Shown piece by piece: positions 57,782 to 64,000 of a stretch of DNA of 64,000 bases. A program made the position numbers and the translations under genes. Each line of letters begins with the position of its first letter. The first letter of the stretch is position 1. Below the pieces are notes generated by a model. It searched no databases, was not told the DNA's origin, and was given only the letters and a program-made list of their open reading frames with translations. Source of the stretch: an uncultured Pseudobdellovibrionaceae bacterium (GTDB lineage: Bacteria; Patescibacteriota; Minisyncoccia; Moranbacterales; GCA-2747515). The DNA is taken from assembly GCA_964463705.1 (NCBI GenBank), contig CAYXCH010000021.1:65162-129161 (forward strand). The letters run 5' to 3'.

Positions 57782-59071
57782 CTATGACACAATACGCGGC
57801 AACGTCTTCCCTTGTGCATCAAATCTCTCCCGCTGCTTTACCAGCATAGAAAATACCGGATAAAGCTCCGGTTGTGTTACAAACCGCATGGGCGCCAATG
57901 TTACGGCCCCTCGTGTCTTCTCATGAGTATAAAGATCGTGTATTGTCGTCCCCTCCGGAATATCACGTATACCTTCGGAAACATATCGCTCTAATAATTC
58001 CGCACTCTCTTCTATGTCGTATCTCACCCACTTTGCACTCTTGGGAATCTCTCCCTGCTTTTTAGCATCCCGAGCCATCCGCAACAACAGCCTGGAAAAC
58101 TCATTCCGTACACCCAGTGCACAAATTTGTCCGGCTCGTATCAGAGCATGCCCGTTCGGTGTAAATACGGTACGCAGAGCGATAAAGGATTTTTCACCAT
58201 GCCCTTTGATAAAGCCAATCGGCATGTTATCGGCGTAGACTATTACGCCATTAACCAGCAATCGTGATTTAAAAAACGACTCGGTTCGTGAAGCTAATAT
58301 AGACTCCGCTATCGTACCTTCTGCCTGTCTACAGTATTCTACATGCACGACACCAAATGATATAACTCCCCAATATAATACGGGATCCTCTTCTTCCAAA
58401 TCACTAATATTAAACAAACCCTGTACCGGCATTTGAACCGCCGTACGCTCTAAATCCACGTCTTGTGCATCCTCAAAGCGATCCCCGACACGAATCGTCC
58501 GCATCCGTGCTCGAGAAAGGTTCATTCCCGTGAGATACGTATTTCCAAAATATGCACCATCCAAAACGGCATCATGGACATTGATAATAAACGGCGCATC
58601 GCGATCCGACGTTTCTGAAAAATCAAGGTATGACAATAACCGGACACCGCATCGCTGTATCAATATATTTAGTGTCTGCTCATCCAGTGGTGTTATCCGC
58701 CGCTCACTCGCCGGCGCCTGCCGGACATCTCCCGTTTCTATCACTCGCGCGATCAATGAAATCACTTTCGCCATCATATTTTGACCGTCACGAATACCGT
58801 CGGCAGCGATCTGTCCACCTCCGTCCGTATTTAACATGATTGCTTCCATGCGGGCCAATATCTTGGCACGCTCCGCATCGGTTACTGTTTCATCGTTGGC
58901 AAGTATACGTCGCGCATGCGCAACAAGAGCATGCGCAATATCTTTAGAAGAAGGAGTATCCTGCTCCGCCTCGGAAATACCGGATTGCACATGAAGACAT
59001 AATTCCCGTAATGGTGCATCATCTGTGGGAACTTCCGGAGATGTTTTCCGAAATACATCAAATATTCTCAT
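57782..59071 (-). CDS. Hypothetical protein with short pentapeptide-repeat-like segment
   Basis: Long ORF; AVLDG-AYFGN-TYLTG-MNLSR-ARMRT. Confidence 0.6.
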   Translation of the reverse strand: MRIFDVFRKTSPEVPTDDAPLRELCLHVQSGISEAEQDTPSSKDIAHALVAHARRILANDETVTDAERAKILARMEAIMLNTDGGGQIAADGIRDGQNMMAKVISLIARVIETGDVRQAPASERRITPLDEQTLNILIQRCGVRLLSYLDFSETSDRDAPFIINVHDAVLDGAYFGNTYLTGMNLSRARMRTIRVGDRFEDAQDVDLERTAVQMPVQGLFNISDLEEEDPVLYWGVISFGVVHVEYCRQAEGTIAESILASRTESFFKSRLLVNGVIVYADNMPIGFIKGHGEKSFIALRTVFTPNGHALIRAGQICALGVRNEFSRLLLRMARDAKKQGEIPKSAKWVRYDIEESAELLERYVSEGIRDIPEGTTIHDLYTHEKTRGAVTLAPMRFVTQPELYPVFSMLVKQRERFDAQGKTLPRIVS

Positions 59072-59081
59072 CAAAATATAT

Positions 59082-61031
59082 TTACCAAATACTGATACGC
59101 TCCCGAGGCGAGCGGTACATGGTGTCTGTCGGTGTCACATGAAATGCATCATACCATGCATCAATCTGTGTTACCGGTCCATTAACACGAAATCGTGCCG
59201 GCGCATGCGGATCCGTTACAACAATCTGACGGAGATACTCCTCTCGTATATTTGTCGCCTCTGTCAGTGCATACGCCAAGAAAAATCGCTGCGCTCGCGT
59301 GAACCCGTCCGGTCCCCGTTTGTCCATTGCCACTCCCGTCCGACACAGCGCATCATATGCCACCGCCAATCCGCCAAGATCCGCAATATTTTCTCCCACT
59401 GTTAACGCACCGTTGACAAATAATCCCGGCAATGCTTCATATGCGTCAAACTGCGCAATTACCCGTTTCGTCAATGCGCGAAATCGCGCCCGATCCCGAG
59501 CGGTCCACCAATTATTCAAATTTCCGCGCGCATCACACTGTGATCCCTGATCATCAAATGCGTGAGAAATCTCATGAGCAATAATGGTTCCAATTCCGCC
59601 ATAGTTGATTGCCACATCCGCATCTTCATGAAAAAACGGCCACTGTAAAATTCCCGCGGGAAATACAATCGTATTGTCTGACGGATGATAGTACGCGTTT
59701 ACCGTCGGCGCCGTCATTTCCCACCGAGTGCGGTCCGTCGGCGCTCCGATTCGCTCCATATCTCGTGCGTGATGCCATTGATGAGCACGAATCATATTAC
59801 CGAAAAAATCGGATGGATCAATCACCAATGTATCATATGTTTTGGGCGTCTCCGGATACCCGATTTTTACCGTGATGGCGGAAAGTTTTCGGAGTGCTCG
59901 ACGCTTTGTCTTCACCTCCATCCACGGCAACTCCCGAATTCGCTCACCGAATGTTGAAAGAATCTGTTGTACCATTGCTTCCGCCCGCCGCTTTGCGCGA
60001 GAAGAAAAATGCTCTGCGCACCACATCGCTCCCAACGCTTCACCCACCGCTGCATCCGTCGCCGACACCACTCGCTTCCAGCGCTCTCTCATTACCGGCG
60101 TACCGGACAATACTGTTCCGAAAAATGCAAAATGCGTCCGTGCAATATCCTCGCTCAGATAGGGCGCAACCGTTACGATCGTGCGCCATGCCAAATACCG
60201 TTTCCGTTGTCGCAACGAGGTTTTCGCACAGAGCGCTGAGAATGCACGCATGTACTCCGGTTGTCCCACAATAACCGTACGGGGCGGTGTCACCCCCTGT
60301 GCACGAAAGTACGTAACAAAATCAAATGACGGCACTATCCGACGCAACTGCGCTACCGTCATTTTATTATATTGCTTATGCACATCTCGTAAGGCGGCGC
60401 GCTCTCGCGAATGTATTGCCAGTGTACGTTCCGTCTGCAATACATCACGTAAAAATGCCGGTTGTTTTGTCCGTGGAACATACGTTCCCATGTGCGTAAA
60501 CAACTCCCGATATGCCCGACGTACTTGCGTATACGCCGCCGCCCGTGAACAATAATACGTTCGCTCCGGCAATGTCAATCCTCCTTGATACAGATACAGT
60601 GCCATTACATCGGTACGTTTTTCATCGGGTTCTACAAACGGTGTAAAAAACGCACGTACTCCCATGGCGTGACATTCCGCCACCGCTCGTGCAAATTCTT
60701 CCTCGGTTGTTATCGCATCAATACGCTCCAATAACGCATCCAGCGGTGCACTCCCACGCCGATTTCGTGATGGGTGTAATCCGCTTTTGTATAAATCCAC
60801 CACTTTCTGTTGCTCGGGTGTGCGACGAGGCGCGGCGGCGGCACGCAAGATAACGGCACGCATCGTTTTCTCCACCTCCACCCGCAATGCATGAAATGAA
60901 CTCCATACCGGATACGCATCCGGAATTGGGTTTCGTGATTGCCATCCACCAACGGCATACTGATAGAAATCCTCCCCCGGTGCCGTTTGCGGATCAATTG
61001 TTGTCGTATCGCAATAGCGTGTGTGTGCCAT
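59082..61031 (-). CDS. M13 family metalloendopeptidase (PepO/neprilysin-like)
   Basis: DFYQYAVGGW, VNAYY, HEISH, GENIAD, DPHAP. Confidence 0.95.
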   Translation of the reverse strand: MAHTRYCDTTTIDPQTAPGEDFYQYAVGGWQSRNPIPDAYPVWSSFHALRVEVEKTMRAVILRAAAAPRRTPEQQKVVDLYKSGLHPSRNRRGSAPLDALLERIDAITTEEEFARAVAECHAMGVRAFFTPFVEPDEKRTDVMALYLYQGGLTLPERTYYCSRAAAYTQVRRAYRELFTHMGTYVPRTKQPAFLRDVLQTERTLAIHSRERAALRDVHKQYNKMTVAQLRRIVPSFDFVTYFRAQGVTPPRTVIVGQPEYMRAFSALCAKTSLRQRKRYLAWRTIVTVAPYLSEDIARTHFAFFGTVLSGTPVMRERWKRVVSATDAAVGEALGAMWCAEHFSSRAKRRAEAMVQQILSTFGERIRELPWMEVKTKRRALRKLSAITVKIGYPETPKTYDTLVIDPSDFFGNMIRAHQWHHARDMERIGAPTDRTRWEMTAPTVNAYYHPSDNTIVFPAGILQWPFFHEDADVAINYGGIGTIIAHEISHAFDDQGSQCDARGNLNNWWTARDRARFRALTKRVIAQFDAYEALPGLFVNGALTVGENIADLGGLAVAYDALCRTGVAMDKRGPDGFTRAQRFFLAYALTEATNIREEYLRQIVVTDPHAPARFRVNGPVTQIDAWYDAFHVTPTDTMYRSPRERISIW

Positions 61032-61033
61032 AG

Positions 61034-63418
61034 TTATTGTTTTACGTGAACACCCTCTTCCGTTTCCACCGCCTCCATAATTGCCTCCATCATCGCATCA
61101 ACATCCGTACCGGACAGTGTCCGATCCGGCGCACGAAATGTTAAGCGAAACGCCAGAGATCGTGTACCGTTATCGTCCGTATATGAGTCAAACAATGCAA
61201 CATCCTCCAACAACTCTCCCCCGGCTTCTCGTATACGCCGCTCTATATCCGCAACATGAGTACGCGCTCCCACCGTCATGGAAATATCTCGCCAAACCGC
61301 CGGAAATGTTGGTAACGGAACAAATGTTGGTTGTGATGCTGTGGATAATGTGCGAACCGACGCCAAATCAAATTCCATTACCGCCACTCGCGCCGTTTTC
61401 ACACCACACTGACGAGCGCAACTCCGCGTCATTTCACCAATTATTCCGATACATTCTCCTTCCGATGAACGTATTATCGCTCGTCGCGATGGATGCAAGT
61501 CCACCGAATCATAACCCTCCGTTTCCATTGCGTCATCAAATGTCACACCCGATATTCCCATTGTGGTAACATATGCTTCCACCATCCCTTTCAGAATAAA
61601 GAACGGTGTTCCATCCGTTGCCTTCAACGCTACGGCTGCTGCCAGCACATCATACTCCATCGGAAGTCCCGTCTCTATTTTGGATGGTATAAATGTTCGC
61701 CCGATTTCAAAAATGCGTACATCATCACTATGTGTAAGATTTCGTGCCACTGCACGAGTAAGAGAGTGTACCAGTGTGCGCCGCAAATGAGTAAGTGATT
61801 GCGACAACGGGTTCTGTATCGTAACATGATGCGTTACATCCAACCCAATGGACCGAGCATCATCCGCACTATAAAATGCATAGGTTCGCACTTCGTCATA
61901 TCCGCCACCAACCCAAATCTCCCGTGTCCTGTGTTCAATATTGCGCGCCTCATTTCTGGGAGGAGCGACAACATCTGAACATAGTGCTTGCGGTGGAATA
62001 CGATCATATCCATACAAACGCCCCACTTCCTCGGCAATATCCGCCATTGTATGCACATCGGCACGCCATGTCGGTACTGTACACCGCACTGTTTTTCCAT
62101 CATTCCGGGCATCAATTCCCACTCGTGCAAGAAGAGAAACAATCTCTTCACCGGATACCGATATACCCAACAACCGAGAAATCTCTACCGGAGATACCGT
62201 AAGGTCTCGCGGAACACATGATTGTGTCCGATGCTCTCCCCGTGCCCGACATGTTCCACCGCACGTCGCCAATATTTCCGCTTCCAATATGGTACGAACA
62301 CGCTCCACACCACACGCATCCGGATCTCGCTCAAAACGAAATGCCGCATCCGATGATATTCCGTGCCGTACTCGTGTCGCACGAATACGTACCGGATCAA
62401 AATGTGCCACTTCCACAATAATTCGCGTTGTATTCTCTGACACCGCACTGGAAGCGCCGCCCATCACACCCGCCAACGCCAGTACCGATGTATCGTCCGC
62501 AATCACCATATCATCCGCGGAGAGTGTTATCTCTCGTCCATCCAACAGTGTAATCGTCTCCCCTTCTTGTGCATTGCGGACTGTCAATGTCCCATGAACC
62601 GTATCCGCATCAAATATATGACTGGGTTGTCCGGTACGCAGCATAATTTCATTACTGATATCCACCAGCGCATTAATACTGCGCAACCCGCACGTCCGCA
62701 ATCGCGCCACTCGCTCTCGTGAGCTTGCCACCGTATTATCCACTCCGTCTATGTACGTTGCACTATAGGTATCACATCCCGATGTCTGCACCGCCACCGG
62801 CACTGTCGTATCACATGGTACTGCCGACGGCGTATCAATGGTTATCGTCTGTCCATCCAGTGCTGCAATTTCTCGCGCAACTCCCTCATGAGAAAGACAG
62901 TCATGTGCCCGATTGGGAAGAATATCAATTTCCATCGCCGTATCATCCAGCCCCATGTATTGTGCAAATGGCACTCCAACAGGCGCATCATCGGGCAATA
63001 CCATAATTCCCTCGTGATCCTCACCCAATCCCAACTCATCTTCGGCACAAATCATTCCGTTGCTTTCCACCCCGCGAATCACACTCTTTGTGATTGCAAA
63101 TCCCGCTCCGTCCGGTGTGGGAAGCACCGCGCCCGGTAACGCCACCGCCACCATCTGCCCTTCGGCAAGGTTCGGCGCCCCGCAAACAATCTGACGCTCC
63201 GTTTCTTCTCCCACATCAACAGATGCTACGCGCAACCGGTCCGCATCCGGATGAGGACGGACATGACGAACACGTCCCACCACGACCTGTTCCAATCCCG
63301 CATCCAGCGGTACCACTTCTTCCACCTCAAAGGCGGTTTGTGTTAGCGCATCCGCAATCTCTCGTACCGAGCGTTTTGTTCCACTCAACGCCACCAACCA
63401 TGCGTAACTAAATCTCAT
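61034..63418 (-). CDS. pheT: Phenylalanine--tRNA ligase beta subunit
   Basis: HPDADRL, IVCGAPN, GMIC, PNRAHD, LAGVMGG, RFER, EEVGRLYGY, RDIS. Confidence 0.97.
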   Translation of the reverse strand: MRFSYAWLVALSGTKRSVREIADALTQTAFEVEEVVPLDAGLEQVVVGRVRHVRPHPDADRLRVASVDVGEETERQIVCGAPNLAEGQMVAVALPGAVLPTPDGAGFAITKSVIRGVESNGMICAEDELGLGEDHEGIMVLPDDAPVGVPFAQYMGLDDTAMEIDILPNRAHDCLSHEGVAREIAALDGQTITIDTPSAVPCDTTVPVAVQTSGCDTYSATYIDGVDNTVASSRERVARLRTCGLRSINALVDISNEIMLRTGQPSHIFDADTVHGTLTVRNAQEGETITLLDGREITLSADDMVIADDTSVLALAGVMGGASSAVSENTTRIIVEVAHFDPVRIRATRVRHGISSDAAFRFERDPDACGVERVRTILEAEILATCGGTCRARGEHRTQSCVPRDLTVSPVEISRLLGISVSGEEIVSLLARVGIDARNDGKTVRCTVPTWRADVHTMADIAEEVGRLYGYDRIPPQALCSDVVAPPRNEARNIEHRTREIWVGGGYDEVRTYAFYSADDARSIGLDVTHHVTIQNPLSQSLTHLRRTLVHSLTRAVARNLTHSDDVRIFEIGRTFIPSKIETGLPMEYDVLAAAVALKATDGTPFFILKGMVEAYVTTMGISGVTFDDAMETEGYDSVDLHPSRRAIIRSSEGECIGIIGEMTRSCARQCGVKTARVAVMEFDLASVRTLSTASQPTFVPLPTFPAVWRDISMTVGARTHVADIERRIREAGGELLEDVALFDSYTDDNGTRSLAFRLTFRAPDRTLSGTDVDAMMEAIMEAVETEEGVHVKQ

Positions 63419-63590
63419 AACACAACATTTAACACCGGCTCACCATATTATACCCATATGATGTCATTGTACCATTCTCTACATAAAAAGAGAAATTATT
63501 ACACCGATACTGCAGATTATCAAATATATCAATTACATTAACTGATCACATCACTAAAACTGCGCACTGACACGGGTGTCGCCGCTAATA

Positions 63591-64000
63591 TTACAAACAA
63601 ACTTCTACCCCCACTGCATCATGATCGGTAAATGATACCGGCACCACCCCGGCGGTTAAATTTCCTGGAGGTAAATTTTCTGAAGGTAAATTTTCTGAAG
63701 GCACAAATACGAAAATATGGTCCAATTTCATTCCCACCAACCCACCAGCAGCACGAAGGGTTGGTGTATGGGATACATCTGACGGTGTGAATCCAGCTTG
63801 TTTAGCAATCTTTTCCAAATGTTTATTTTCATGTATATCGGTGCGCAGTATTGCGCCAGCTGCCGTTACCGGCGGATGCACCGGCATTCCAAGAATTTTC
63901 CGGTGTGTTGTATCTACGCCATAAGAGTTACAATCTCCGGCAAGAATTGCTATACCATCTGGTTCACTTAACTCTTTTAGATGCGTAAGTGATGCACGAA
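63591..64000 (-). CDS. Endonuclease/exonuclease/phosphatase (EEP) family protein, C-terminal part
   Basis: The frame stays open to the window end: ...IAILAGDCN...LDHIFV...TDHDAV match the EEP GDxN, DxI and SDH motifs. Confidence 0.8.
   Translation of the reverse strand, partial: RASLTHLKELSEPDGIAILAGDCNSYGVDTTHRKILGMPVHPPVTAAGAILRTDIHENKHLEKIAKQAGFTPSDVSHTPTLRAAGGLVGMKLDHIFVFVPSENLPSENLPPGNLTAGVVPVSFTDHDAVGVEVCL
63669..63701. repeat. In-frame 15-bp tandem repeat
   Basis: AGGTAAATTTTCTGA twice plus a partial copy; encodes PSENL-PSENL-P. Confidence 0.8.

Noticed and set aside
83-63411. Numerous plus-strand ORFs in the track (e.g. 83..571, 4334..4981, 17368..18066, 40540..41598, 49008..49832)
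   Set aside because: They lie antisense to well-supported genes and carry no recognisable motifs, so they are shadow ORFs.
1-64000. CRISPR array, IS/transposase, integrase at tRNA 3' ends, prophage, reverse transcriptase/DGR
   Set aside because: I saw no spaced direct repeats, att-like tRNA duplications or corresponding protein motifs. The two shared C-terminal domains are too diverged at DNA level to be a TR/VR pair.
1-64000. Alternative genetic code (UGA=Gly, as in Gracilibacteria/Absconditabacteria)
   Set aside because: Conserved genes are full-length under code 11, and several end in TGA with ATGA overlaps.

Overview
This is a gene-dense chromosomal segment of a bacterium, with almost all genes on the minus strand. 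Gene content points to Candidate Phyla Radiation/Patescibacteria, probably Parcubacteria-type (inference from DUF4012, split ComEC, an O-antigen-ligase-like/TPR fusion and many divergent enzymes). TGA is used as a stop and tRNA-Trp(CCA) is present, so the genetic code is standard code 11. Housekeeping genes: obgE (partial), rpsU, hisS, lepB, gap, tpiA, aspS, thiI, glyA, rplU, ftsZ, tsf, rpsB, rpmE and pheT. The window also holds six tRNAs, transporters, sugar-nucleotide/glycosylation genes (galT, GT2, GT4, an epimerase, rmlB, rmlC) and several secreted proteins. I saw no CRISPR array, IS, integrase or prophage gene. Most notable observations: (1) an SGNH hydrolase and a 1435-aa modular protein, otherwise unrelated and both secreted, end in the same ~135-aa six-cysteine C-terminal domain and sit among rml genes next to a DUF4012 gene, a candidate surface-sorting/anchoring system; (2) an unannotated, highly structured ~140-nt plus-strand RNA with its own promoter and terminator at 50843-51010; (3) rpsU has a strong, well-spaced Shine-Dalgarno while most other genes lack one, resembling bS21 autoregulation in Bacteroidota; (4) all six tRNA genes end in discriminator+CA rather than CCA, and tRNA-Glu abuts the start codon of an antiporter. 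All family assignments come from motif recognition by eye; no database searches were run.
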